DNA of 64,000 nucleotides, from contig JBOEGF010000018.1 of NCBI GenBank assembly GCA_050633305.1, forward strand, positions 576,001-640,000, read 5' to 3'. Position numbers and translations under genes: made by a program. This DNA is from Nannocystales bacterium (GTDB lineage: Bacteria > Myxococcota_A > Polyangia > Nannocystales > Nannocystaceae). The notes below the pieces were generated by a model. The model saw only the letters and a list, made by a program, of their open reading frames with translations. It did no database searches and was not told the origin of the DNA. Positions 47,699-57,732 of the stretch are shown piece by piece; within the stretch, counting starts at the first letter, position 1, and each line of letters starts with the position of its first letter.

Positions 47699-47998
47699 AT
47701 GACCGCACGTTCGATGCTTCTGATGGGAGTGCTTCTTTGTGGCTCCAGCTGCTACTCGGGGGCGAATGGCGTCGCTGCAACCGATGGAGGCGAGACCGGC
47801 CAGGGTGATGGGAGCGGAGGCAGTGGGGGGTCCGATGGCGGGAGCGACTCCGACGATACGGACGACCCCACGACCTTGGACGAGGAGCCCACTCCCGACG
47901 CGGGTTGGCGACGTCTGTCAAGGATTGATTGGATGCTGGGTAGATCCCCGGCACAACCTCGCGCGGCAGCAGGTCGAGCGCCCCCGCAACGCTTGTGA
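47699..47998 (+). pseudogene. Truncated N-terminus of a DUF1592-family lipoprotein
   Basis: Signal with CY, G/S/D linker, WRRLSRIDW (DUF1587-like start), then junk and a stop; same layout as the start of 61721-63430. Confidence 0.65.
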
Positions 47999-47999
47999 A

Positions 48000-48983
48000 C
48001 ACCGCGTCGGCAACAACCAGGAGAACGCGCTGGCGTTGTTCGAGCAGCTGTTCGTGCCAGGCGACTCCCCTTCGAAGCCAACCGGGCCGAGTGAGCTCGA
48101 ACTGAGGCGAAAGCTGGTCGTCGACCGGGTGTTCGCTCATTGGACCGAACTCCGACACGGTGCCTATGGCGACGCGGCGCGGTTGGGTTCGGACGACCGT
48201 GCCCGACTCGACGACGTCATGGATCGCCTTCGCGACCTGCAGAATAGACTCGACCCCAATGGCCAAGGCGAACCGGTGCCGTCCTGCCATGAGCTGGAAG
48301 CACCGGAAGGGGAGCCCAATGGGATCTTCCAGTGGGAGGGAGGCTCTGCCGAGGAGCTGCAGCAGGTGATTCGCGCCTACCAGACCCTGAACGAGGTGAT
48401 CGCAGTCGGGTTGCTGTGCGGAACGAACCGTGTCGCCTCGTTGAGCGTCAGCAACCGTCTGCACACGCTGGCGGGAGACTGGCATGACATCGTGATGCAC
48501 AACGTCTTCAACGAGCAGCCGCATCAGTGGATGCTGGAGTCGCAGCAGACGTTCTTCCGCGATGTGTTCCTCGATCTGTGTCGCCGCCTCGAGGTCGACG
48601 AGGGGGACGGCACGGTCCTCGACAACACTCTCGTCGTGGGGCACTTCCGCCATGGCGCAGAAGTGCACTGGTGCGACTCAGCCCCCATCGTGACGGCGGG
48701 ATCGGCAGGAGGCCGGATCTCGACCGGTTCCTTCATCGACTACCGAAACCACCAGAACACGAGCTTGCAAGGGTCCTCCGGCGAAAATGCACACGTGTAC
48801 CGTCGGCCGGGATTGCTGCTGAACCAGTGGTTCGGGACCGTGCTTCAAGCCTTCGGTGTGCCCGAAGAGCAATACATCCAAGACGGCGGGTTCTACGGCG
48901 TGACCTACGTACAGAGCAGTGAAGCACACTCCGCGTCGGTGCTCGCACAAGCGAGCGAGCCCCTGCCGTACCTCCTGGGCTGA
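48000..48983 (+). pseudogene. C-terminal part of a DUF1552-family protein with no N-terminus
   Basis: NALALFEQLF, LGSDDRARLD, LLCGTNRVASL, EGDGTVLDNTLV, PIVTAGSAGG; no Tat signal or credible start. Confidence 0.7.
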
Positions 48984-49214
48984 CGGCGACCGACCTCGAC
49001 TTCACACGAGCGTTGCTCCGAGCCTCGTCCCAAGCGAAGGCCCAGGCTCTCACGGGATGGCGGGAGACGAGGGAAGGGGAACGTGGGCGCGGGCCACCGG
49101 AGCCAAGGGGGCGCTGGGGACGGAACCGGGTGCACCGAGGGGTGGAGGGCGTCGACGGGACGCCCGAGGAGTGGGCCGCCCGCCTCCGCGAACATTTGCT
49201 CGACGAGGGGTCGC

Positions 49215-50342
49215 TCAAGCCGCCGTCTTCAACAGTTCGACGAGGCGTGGGCCGATCGCGTCCAAGCCGAGCACCTCGTCGGCGGCTCCCCGGTCGATCG
49301 CAGCTTTCGGCATCGACCAGACGACCGAGCTCTCCTCGTCCTGTGCCAGCGTTCGGGCGCCGGCCTCGTGCAGCGCGTGCAGGCCTGCGGCGCCGTCACG
49401 GCCCATTCCCGTGAGCAGGGCCGCGATCACGCGTGTTGGGCCCGCGGAGAGAAGAGACCGGAACATCACGTCCACCGACGGTCGATGGCGGTTCACAGGA
49501 GGTGCATCGCTGAGCTTGCTCGCCAGTCCCCCTGGTGCTCGACCGACCATGAGGTGTCGATCACCGGGCGCGATGTACACCGTTCCCGACCGCAGCAGCT
49601 CGCCGTCCTTCGCCTCCTGCACATGCATTGCGCAACACAGGTCGAGGCGCCGAGCGAGCGGAGCGCTGAACGCCTTGGGAATGTGCTGGGTTACCAGGAC
49701 CGCAGGAAACGACTCGGGAAGACGAGACAGGATCGCCTCCAGAGCGACCGTGCCTCCCGTCGACGCTCCGATCGCACACAGCGGCGCGTGGGGGGTGACA
49801 CGGTCTCCCTGACCCCGTGAAGCCGAACCCGCTCCCACACCCAGGCTCGAACCGCCCGACGCGAGCCGAATGGGCCGCGGTGGCGGACGCCGTCGCCGAA
49901 ATGTCGTGGCCGCACGTCTGATGACCGTGTGCAACCGCTTCAGATACGCGTCCAGCGACTCACCGCTCGACACGTCGTGTTTTCCGATGCAACCGACCGC
50001 GCCGGCCTTCATCGCCTCCGCACACTCTCGGCCGCCACCCTCGTCGTGTCCCGAGACGACGACTACGGGCACCGGGAACGACGCCATGAGCTCTTTGATG
50101 GCTGCAACCCCGCCGACCTGCCGCATCTGCAGGTCCATGGTGATCACGCTCGGTAGAAGCTTTCGCGCCTTGTCGAGCACGAACCGCCCGTCCGAAACCA
50201 CGCCGACGACCTCGAACCCCGGGTCGTCGCTCAGGTAGCGGGTCATGCACTCTCGGATCAACGCCGAGTCGTCGACGATGAGAACTCGGACCGGATGTTC
50301 TCCCGTCGGTGGCTTCGGCTTCGGCTTTGTCCGCACTGTCAC
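49215..50342 (-). CDS. cheB: Chemotaxis response-regulator methylesterase
   Basis: REC (VLIVDDS, TMDLQM) plus IGASTGG, QHIP, HRPSVDVMF, TGMGRDGA. Confidence 0.96.
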   Translation of the reverse strand: MTVRTKPKPKPPTGEHPVRVLIVDDSALIRECMTRYLSDDPGFEVVGVVSDGRFVLDKARKLLPSVITMDLQMRQVGGVAAIKELMASFPVPVVVVSGHDEGGGRECAEAMKAGAVGCIGKHDVSSGESLDAYLKRLHTVIRRAATTFRRRRPPPRPIRLASGGSSLGVGAGSASRGQGDRVTPHAPLCAIGASTGGTVALEAILSRLPESFPAVLVTQHIPKAFSAPLARRLDLCCAMHVQEAKDGELLRSGTVYIAPGDRHLMVGRAPGGLASKLSDAPPVNRHRPSVDVMFRSLLSAGPTRVIAALLTGMGRDGAAGLHALHEAGARTLAQDEESSVVWSMPKAAIDRGAADEVLGLDAIGPRLVELLKTAA

Positions 50343-51211
50343 CCCGCCTGCCTCGAGGAGCACTCCGACGCCCGCTTGCGATAGATCGTGGGACCAACAC
50401 GCTCGACCAGGTTCTGGTCCAGACACCCGCCCTCGGAGTGGCCGAGAAACAGGTAGCCTTCGGGTCGCACCGCTTCGAGCAACTTTGCGCAGATTGCCTC
50501 CACGTCTGCGTTCTTGAAGTAGATCAACACGTTTCGACAGAACGCCACGTCGTATTGCCCAGGTCGCGTCGACGCACTCAACATGTTCTCCCGGTTGAAC
50601 CGCACGACGGACCTGACCTCGGGTTTCACTCTCACGAGACCCGCGTTGGCACCGGTCCCTTGCTGAAAGAACCGACGCATGTGGGCCGGTACACTCCGTC
50701 CACAGTCGACCTTGTAGATGCCTCGGGCCGCCCGGTCGATGACCTTCTGGTCGACGTCTGTCCCCACGACCTCGTGACTCCAGCCATCCGAGGCTGGCAG
50801 CGACGAAAGCAATGTCATGGCAATGCTGTACGTTTCTTCGCCGCTGGAACAACCCGCGGACCAGACCCGAAGGCGCTTGGAGTCTCGCGACTGCCATTGG
50901 CGCGCAAGGTTCTTTTCGAGATATCCGAAGTGGTGCACTTCGCGAAAGAAGCTCGTCACGTGCGTCGTGATCGCGCTGATGAACTCAGTACGAATTCGCT
51001 CGTCTCCAGCATCGACCCGGCCGATGTAGTCGGCAATGCTGCTCAGCCCGTGGCCCCGGACCAGCCGCGTGAGGCGGCTAAAGACCAGCTGTTTCTTCCG
51101 GTCGATGATGTCGACCCCAGTCAGGCGGTACGCGAGAGCCTGTACCAACCGGAAGTCCGAGTCCGTATACCGAAGGCTCGTGCCATCGAGGAGCACCAAG
51201 GACTTGGTCAC
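50339..51211 (-). CDS. cheR: Chemotaxis methyltransferase
   Basis: TSFFREVHHF, RVWSAGCSSGEETYS, FCRNVLIYF, LFLGHSE. Confidence 0.96.
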   Translation of the reverse strand: MTKSLVLLDGTSLRYTDSDFRLVQALAYRLTGVDIIDRKKQLVFSRLTRLVRGHGLSSIADYIGRVDAGDERIRTEFISAITTHVTSFFREVHHFGYLEKNLARQWQSRDSKRLRVWSAGCSSGEETYSIAMTLLSSLPASDGWSHEVVGTDVDQKVIDRAARGIYKVDCGRSVPAHMRRFFQQGTGANAGLVRVKPEVRSVVRFNRENMLSASTRPGQYDVAFCRNVLIYFKNADVEAICAKLLEAVRPEGYLFLGHSEGGCLDQNLVERVGPTIYRKRASECSSRQAG

Positions 51212-51705
51212 GCCGCGCTTTCCTCTTGGGTGAGGACACCGCCTCCAGTAATCCGTGAGACGACCTCGTCGATATCCAGCACGACGACACTCGTACCGTC
51301 GATGTAGGTCAGCGAGTCGACGACCTCCCCGCCGTCGCTGCACGCCTCGATCGAAGGCGCGCGCAGCTCGTCGACCGGAATGTCGCAAACGTCCGACACA
51401 CCGTCGGCCAGCATTCCCACCGTTCTCTCTTCGCCTGCGACTTCGGCGCGGACGAGAAAGACGACCGACGTTTTTCCGTACTCGTGCTCTTCACAGCCCA
51501 GAACACAGCGGAGCTCGATCACCGGAACGATCACCCCCCGAACATTGACCACACCCCTGATCGCCTTCGGCGCGTTGGGTACATGTGCAGCCCCCTCCCA
51601 GCGTCGAATCTCACTGACCCTGAGAATGTCGACGGCGTACATCGCATCATTCACGACAAAGCTCAGAAGCTGTTTGCAGTCGCCCATTTTTCCCTCCACC
51701 GTCAT
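51208..51705 (-). CDS. cheW: Chemotaxis coupling protein
   Basis: YAVDILRVSEI, VPNAP, GVVNVRGVIVPVIELR, VGMLADGVSDV. Confidence 0.95.
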   Translation of the reverse strand: MTVEGKMGDCKQLLSFVVNDAMYAVDILRVSEIRRWEGAAHVPNAPKAIRGVVNVRGVIVPVIELRCVLGCEEHEYGKTSVVFLVRAEVAGEERTVGMLADGVSDVCDIPVDELRAPSIEACSDGGEVVDSLTYIDGTSVVVLDIDEVVSRITGGGVLTQEESAA

Positions 51706-53651
51706 GCTGCGATCGTTTCCATCGGGGCCTGGCATAGCCGCCCGATCTCTACGACGTCCAGAATCATGGCGACGACCCCGTTGCCGAGGATCGTGGCAGC
51801 CGCGATACCCGGCGTCCGTCTGAAGTTCTCATCCAAGCTCTTGACCACGATTTGTTGCTGCCCCAGCAGGGCATCGACACACAAGGCGACCGGCCCGCCC
51901 TCGGCCTCCACCAACACGGCGAGACTCGGTGCCCGGCGCTGCGGCAGGGAGAGTATGGCTCCGGCCTCGGCGAGCGGGACGTCACTTCCCCGAAACCGGT
52001 ACAACGAACGGCCACCTGGGATCGTCCGTACGCGGGATCGGTCGAGTCGCTGCGATTCCAAGATCGAAAGCACGGGCACCACAAACGTCTGCCCGCAGAC
52101 CTCGATGAGCTGTCCATCCATGATCGATAGCGTCAGCGGCAGTCGAATCTGAACCGTGGTTCCCTCTCCAGGGGTGGAAAGAATCGAGATCGAACCTCCG
52201 AGAGACTTGATGTTCTTCGCAACGACATCCATGCCGACGCCGCGTCCCGCAACGTCGGTGACCTCGGCCGCGGTCGACAACCCTGGCAAGAACAGTAGCT
52301 CGTTGAGGTTCGCCATCTGCGACGCCTGTGCGTCGGTGACCAGCCCCAACGACTTCGCCTTGGCGAGCACGCGCTCTGTATCGACGCCGCCACCGTCGTC
52401 ACTGACGGATACGTTCACGAAGCCACTCTTCTGCGCGACTTCCATGCGAATCTGGCCAACCTCGGGTTTGTTGCGCTCACGGCGGACCTCCGCCTCTTCG
52501 ATCCCGTGCGCGACGGCGTTGCGGAGGAGGTGCAAGAGCGGGTCGGCCAAGGACTCGAGAATGAGCATGTCCACCTCGGTTTGCTCTCCGACCAGCTGCA
52601 GTTCGGCCCGTTTGCCCAGACTCTTCGTAGCATCCCGAAGAACCCGCGGCATTCGTGAGAGCACATGCGAAGCTGGGAGCATCCGGACTCGCATCACGCT
52701 CTCTTGCAGGCCTCGGGTGTCGCTCGCCAGCCGCTCCAAACAGTCATACAGAGCGTTGAATTCGCGGCCCGATAGATCGAGCCCAACCTCCTGAAGCATC
52801 GACTGCGTGATCACCAACTCGCCGACCATGTTCATCAGCGCATCGAGTTTCTCTACGCCAATTCGCAACTCTCGCGTGCCACGTCCGCGCTTTTTTCCAC
52901 CCGTTGGAGCAGCCGCGTTCGAGACGGGCGCAGGATCGGTCTTGGGGGCCTGCTTTGCGGTGGGTTGGTCGACACGCTCGACCGAGACCTCGGCTTCGCC
53001 GGAAAGCCATGAGACGCAGTCCTCGACCGACTCTTGGTCCTTCTCGGTCGTGACCGTCGCAACGAACCGCAGATGGATATCCAGCGTGTCCAGGTCCTGC
53101 AGACTCGGGAGTCCCTCCCAAGTGCACTGCGTCTGGAGCTCACCGAGAGCGGCGAGAGCCTTGAGCGCCAGCCCGGGGTCGAGCCCCAGGAGCAGCAGCG
53201 GTCCCTCGGGTACGATTGTGACGCGCCAGGTCCCGACAGGCCCTCCGCCGACCTTGGCTCCCCCTGCGGCCATCGTCTCGATCATGGACTTCATCCGCGC
53301 CGACACTTCGGCGGCCACCTCGCCCCAGGCAGATTCGTCCTCCGGGTCGTCCAGCATGAGGTGAATGCAGTCGACCCCCGCGAGGAGTGCATCGATGGCT
53401 TGCTCGTCCATGGCCGCGCCGTGGGTTCGCACCTGGTCTGCCAGGCCTTCCATGGTGTGGGCCAGGCGCCGCAGCGCCGCGAATCCAACTGTGCCCGCGC
53501 CGCCCTTGAGCGAGTGTGCGGCCCTGAACAGCTCGTGAATCGCCTCGGGGTCCGTCGCGTGCCGCTTGCTCACGAGCACGTCTTCGATCGTCGCGAGGTG
53601 TTCGGAAGCCTCAGTCACGAATACGGCGAGCAGTTGATCGGACGGTTCCAT
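51702..53651 (-). CDS. cheA: Chemotaxis histidine kinase (no REC domain)
   Basis: FRAAHSLKGG (Hpt), LMNMVGELVI, HLLRNAVAHGIE, DDGGG, GRGVGMDVV, GIAAATILGNG. Confidence 0.96.
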   Translation of the reverse strand: MEPSDQLLAVFVTEASEHLATIEDVLVSKRHATDPEAIHELFRAAHSLKGGAGTVGFAALRRLAHTMEGLADQVRTHGAAMDEQAIDALLAGVDCIHLMLDDPEDESAWGEVAAEVSARMKSMIETMAAGGAKVGGGPVGTWRVTIVPEGPLLLLGLDPGLALKALAALGELQTQCTWEGLPSLQDLDTLDIHLRFVATVTTEKDQESVEDCVSWLSGEAEVSVERVDQPTAKQAPKTDPAPVSNAAAPTGGKKRGRGTRELRIGVEKLDALMNMVGELVITQSMLQEVGLDLSGREFNALYDCLERLASDTRGLQESVMRVRMLPASHVLSRMPRVLRDATKSLGKRAELQLVGEQTEVDMLILESLADPLLHLLRNAVAHGIEEAEVRRERNKPEVGQIRMEVAQKSGFVNVSVSDDGGGVDTERVLAKAKSLGLVTDAQASQMANLNELLFLPGLSTAAEVTDVAGRGVGMDVVAKNIKSLGGSISILSTPGEGTTVQIRLPLTLSIMDGQLIEVCGQTFVVPVLSILESQRLDRSRVRTIPGGRSLYRFRGSDVPLAEAGAILSLPQRRAPSLAVLVEAEGGPVALCVDALLGQQQIVVKSLDENFRRTPGIAAATILGNGVVAMILDVVEIGRLCQAPMETIAA

Positions 53652-53653
53652 GC

Positions 53654-53947
53654 TCAGCCTTCGGTCGCTTCGAGGCGGAGGACCCCGGCAAGGCCCGTGT
53701 GCCGAGCGAACTGCCGGAGCGGCTGAGACGCCGCATGCCACGTGAACTTCGGGCACTCGACCGCAAACGCGAGGAGGACCTGCAGCCCGGCTGTCCCGAC
53801 CCACTCGACATCGCCTCCATCGAGCGCCACCGCGGCATCCCCACCGACGTGACGCAAGAGTTCGTCACGGACATCGTCGGCCGTCGACACCCGGAGGTCA
53901 TCCGGCAGCCGCACGATGGTGGCGGCAGCAGTGTCAGGCCGCGTCAT
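53654..53947 (-). CDS. STAS-domain protein
   Basis: LDGGDVEWVGTAGLQVLLAF...TGL. Confidence 0.85.
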   Translation of the reverse strand: MTRPDTAAATIVRLPDDLRVSTADDVRDELLRHVGGDAAVALDGGDVEWVGTAGLQVLLAFAVECPKFTWHAASQPLRQFARHTGLAGVLRLEATEG

Positions 53948-56105
53948 GGTCGGCTCCGGGGGTGTTTGCGCTGGACTCTGCACCGTCCTCGGCCAGCGCC
54001 GTGCTGACGCTCGAGGCGCTTGTGTCGGCTGGAGACATCTCGGCCCAGCCGCCGCTTCCCGCTGGTGCCGGAGTTGTGTCGTCTGTCTCGGTGCCAGCAG
54101 GAGGCGCCGGGCGCCTCGGCTCGAGGGTCGCGTTGCCCCGGTCGCCTTGCCCCACTTCCCCCGCGGGAAGCTCGAAGATCGACAGGAGTTCGGTCGTGCG
54201 GACCGCCTGCCCGCGGAGATTCTCGGCGGTGCGGGAAGACTCTTCGACCATCGCAGCGGTCTGTTGCGCAGCGGCATCGAGGTCGGAGATCGCATCGTTG
54301 ACGTTGTTGATGCCCGCGGAGTGCTCTCGCGATCCGGCTGCGATTTCCGAGATCATCGAGCTGACCGAAGACGCCTGTTCGGCGATCTGCTCGAGGCTGT
54401 CCCGGGACCTGCCGACCCACACCATTCCGTCCTTCACCGTGGTCGCGCTGGACTCGATGATCTCGCGGATCTCCTTCGCCGACCCGGTCGTTCGTTTCGC
54501 CAGGGAGCGGACCTCGGTCGCCACGACCGCAAACCCTCTGCCTTGCTCACCTGCCCGCGCCGCCTCCACCGCGGCGTTGAGCGCCAAAAGGTTGGTCTGG
54601 AAGGCGATGTCGTTGATCACCTCGATGATCTCCGAGATCTTCGACGACTGACTCTCGATTTCCGACATCGTCGACAACGCCTGCGCAACGACTTCGCAGC
54701 CCGCAGACGCGTTCTTGGCAGCATCCGTCGCCAAGCCTTGCGCGTCGGCAGCATTGGACGCAGCGAGGTCGGTCGTGGACGCCATCTCCTCCATCGTCGC
54801 GGCCGATTCCTCGATCGCCGAGGCCTGTTGCAGTGCACGCGCGTTGAGGTCAGTGCTCGCCTGCGCGATACCGTTGGCCGACTCGAGCACTTCGACGGTC
54901 TCTTCGCGCACCTGGCTGACGACCCCACGCAAACTCGTCTGCATGTGGGCGAGGGCAGCGTGCAACTGGGCGAACTCGTCTTCGCCGTCGACACTGACAT
55001 CTCGGGTCAGGTCTCCTCGCGCAATGTCGGAGGCTATGCGAACCGACTCGTTGAGGACCGTGACCAGGCTCCGAAGCTGCCGCCGTCCCATGACGACGAG
55101 AGCACCGAGTAGAGTGACGACCACCCCGAAGAGGGCCGCCACGGTCGCGGTCGCGCCGTCTGCTTCCGCGCTGGTCACCAAGAGCAGATCCGCGCCCAGG
55201 TCCGATTCGAACCGCGCCATGGCGTCGATCTTTGCCGTTTGCAGCTCGAACCAGAGCTTTGGGTCTCCAGCGATCACCGCAGTCGAGGGGACGGAAGAAT
55301 CCGTGTCCGCCGCGGTTCCACTTCGTTGCGCTCCGAGAGCCTGGTCCCGCATCCGCTCCGCATCTCGGCTGACCGCCGCGGCCGAGAGCTCTTCGTAGCC
55401 AGCCTGGTTCTCCTCCGAAGCCAACCCCATGAATGCCTCGAGAAGGTCGGCCTGGCGTTGCACGGTCGCGAGCGTCGCCTCGTACGCCCCGGGTGCGAAG
55501 CGGCCAGACGCGAAGGCGCCCGCGATCCGAGCCCGCTCGATGCCGGCCTGCTCCTTTGCGGCCATGAATGCACCGTACGCACCCGCCTGCAGCAAGACAT
55601 CCGCATCCGAGGATTGGTTCGCCGCACCACGGACGAAGTCGATCAGCTGGGAGTTGATCGCGGTGTAGTATCCAACAGCCGCCGAGCGCTGGGCTGACAA
55701 GTCGTCGATCCGTTCGCGCGTGAGCTCCAGTTTCTCGGCATCGCGGAGGGCGCCGCTGAATGTCGCAGTCGCCTGCCGCCCGAATCGAGTGACGTCGGTC
55801 CCCGCGGCGAGACTCTTCAGCTCTTCCAGTTTTGCGTCCGTCTCGCGGCGCTGGGCCACGAGCTCTTCGCGGAACCTCGCCCCCTTGGAGGACATGAACA
55901 CGGCCGTCATCCCGCGCTCGACCTGCATCTGGTGGACGAACGCCGAGCTTGCCACTGACAGTGTCGCTAGTGTTTCGATCTCGCGCATTTCCGCGGCGCG
56001 ATGCCACTGATTGCGGACCAGGTAGGAAGAGACGAGGGCCAACGCGAGCGCTGGAATCGCCAACATCCAGGTGAGGCGCGCGCGAACGGTGAGTTTGTTG
56101 AACAT
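53934..56105 (-). CDS. Methyl-accepting chemotaxis protein with NIT (nitrate/nitrite-sensing) and HAMP domains
   Basis: HQMQVERGMT and KEQAGIERA NIT motifs, WFELQTAKID; two TM helices; IAFQTNLLALNAAVEAARAGEQGRGFAVVA. Confidence 0.95.
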   Translation of the reverse strand: MFNKLTVRARLTWMLAIPALALALVSSYLVRNQWHRAAEMREIETLATLSVASSAFVHQMQVERGMTAVFMSSKGARFREELVAQRRETDAKLEELKSLAAGTDVTRFGRQATATFSGALRDAEKLELTRERIDDLSAQRSAAVGYYTAINSQLIDFVRGAANQSSDADVLLQAGAYGAFMAAKEQAGIERARIAGAFASGRFAPGAYEATLATVQRQADLLEAFMGLASEENQAGYEELSAAAVSRDAERMRDQALGAQRSGTAADTDSSVPSTAVIAGDPKLWFELQTAKIDAMARFESDLGADLLLVTSAEADGATATVAALFGVVVTLLGALVVMGRRQLRSLVTVLNESVRIASDIARGDLTRDVSVDGEDEFAQLHAALAHMQTSLRGVVSQVREETVEVLESANGIAQASTDLNARALQQASAIEESAATMEEMASTTDLAASNAADAQGLATDAAKNASAGCEVVAQALSTMSEIESQSSKISEIIEVINDIAFQTNLLALNAAVEAARAGEQGRGFAVVATEVRSLAKRTTGSAKEIREIIESSATTVKDGMVWVGRSRDSLEQIAEQASSVSSMISEIAAGSREHSAGINNVNDAISDLDAAAQQTAAMVEESSRTAENLRGQAVRTTELLSIFELPAGEVGQGDRGNATLEPRRPAPPAGTETDDTTPAPAGSGGWAEMSPADTSASSVSTALAEDGAESSANTPGADHDAA

Positions 56106-56414
56106 CGTGCGAGACTCCAAGTGTCCGCTGCCGAGTACATCGGGGGACCCTTCGTCTCTACGGCCGGCACATCCTGCGGGCAACGTGCAACGCCTACCCC
56201 GCTGTTCCGTGTTGGGACGGTGACATGCCTCCGCGAGATGGGTTGCTGGCTCCGTGAGTCCGGCACTCAGGGGTGGTCGACCCCGAGACTCTCCGCGATG
56301 ACGTCCAAGGCGTTCGCTTCCGCGCGCATCCGCGAAGGTGGGATGAGGGCGTGCCGGGAGTTGAAGGTCGCGGTCGCGGCCGAGCGAAACCCGGCGTTCC
56401 ACAGGAGTGCCTTC

Positions 56415-57353
56415 TCAACCGCCCACGCGTTGCATGAAGGCGAGCACAGCATCGCGCATTTGGTCGACACCAGGCGCTTCGAGCGGGAAGTGTCCACAGT
56501 TCGGGAGGCGCATGAACGTGCTCTCGCCCGTGATGCGGGCCACGAATCGCTCGCTGAGTTCGGGCGGCGTCCATCGGTCGACGGCCGGGTGTACGACCAG
56601 GAGCGGCCCCCCTGCGTAGTCCTCGGGCTCGACCAGGAACGGGTCGTTGAGCAGCGTCCGCAAGAATCCCAGCTGCATCCTCGCGCCACCCACCGCCGGG
56701 TCGTTCTCGATCACCCGGACGAGCTCGGGGTCGTTCGCGATGGTCCCGAGCTTGGAAAACCACTTCATTGGGAGCCGGACCCGGTCCGTGAGGGCGTGCG
56801 TGAGGTTGAGGAACACGTTGCTCAGGCCGACGAGTGAAGGGGTGCGTGCGAGTGCTCTGCGTACGTCGTGCTGGCGTGGGTCGCTGAGCATCGTGGCGAT
56901 GGCCCCGACGACACGGGGCGAGGTCGCCGCAAGGTTGTATGCGCTGATGCCCCCGATGCTCATCCCGAACGCAACGAACGGGCGGTCGTCGTCGGCCGAC
57001 TCGCGTTCGACGAACTCGGAGAGGCATTCGACCCACGACGGGTAGGTCACCAGGGCTTTGGGGTCGACCTCGGTCATGCCGAAGCCGGGTAGGTCTGGGG
57101 CGAGAACCTCATAGTCCGCAGCGGCGAGCAATCGCGCGGCGGGCAGCAGCATGCGTCCATTGCCGCCTCCGCCGTGAATCAGCAGCACCCGCAACCGCCG
57201 CGGAGACGCAGGGGCTAGACGGTCGACGTGGACTCGATGACCGCGCCATCGCCACCACGACTCGTGGGGGGCGGTCTCGGGCGTAGAGCGCATTGGTTCG
57301 GGGAATCGTGGCTGGTAGCGGAGCCAGTACCCATCTTCGGCGTAGGTCTTCAT
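56415..57353 (-). CDS. Alpha/beta hydrolase
   Basis: IHGGGGNG, PDLPGFG, GMSIGG, DRWTP, GHFPLE. Confidence 0.9.
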   Translation of the reverse strand: MKTYAEDGYWLRYQPRFPEPMRSTPETAPHESWWRWRGHRVHVDRLAPASPRRLRVLLIHGGGGNGRMLLPAARLLAAADYEVLAPDLPGFGMTEVDPKALVTYPSWVECLSEFVERESADDDRPFVAFGMSIGGISAYNLAATSPRVVGAIATMLSDPRQHDVRRALARTPSLVGLSNVFLNLTHALTDRVRLPMKWFSKLGTIANDPELVRVIENDPAVGGARMQLGFLRTLLNDPFLVEPEDYAGGPLLVVHPAVDRWTPPELSERFVARITGESTFMRLPNCGHFPLEAPGVDQMRDAVLAFMQRVGG

Positions 57354-57732
57354 GCGACTTTCGGGGTTGTCGTGTCCGCTTAGTGTGTGTCCGCGCGCGG
57401 CGGTGTCGACTCGGGTTTGGCCGTTGCCGCAGACGGTGGCGCGCAGCCAAAGACGGGACTCCTTCCGTCCGGGGCTCGGTTTTCACCGGGGCGTGCGCTG
57501 GGCGAACTCGGACACGACGATGCCCGGCGGGACGCGACTCTGCGGTCCTCGGAACCACAGCGGTCCTCGGGACCGCCACGGGGAGGACCGAGAGCCCGGG
57601 GGCCGTCGCCCTCTCCACCCGCTCGGGTTTCCTGCACGACCCAGGTGTCGTGAGCGACCCCGCGTTCCTCGCCCAAGTTCGTGCTACGGAGCGCCGCTCC
57701 ACGTGGCGCGATACCTGCAGACCTCGGACGCG

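Noticed and set aside
49215..50897. 560-aa extended CheB suggesting a novel fusion
   Set aside because: The extension overlaps cheR in another frame; GTG at 50342 overlaps the cheR stop.
57540..57600. Short direct and inverted GCGGTCCTCGG repeats in an intergenic region
   Set aside because: Too short and GC-rich to distinguish from chance.
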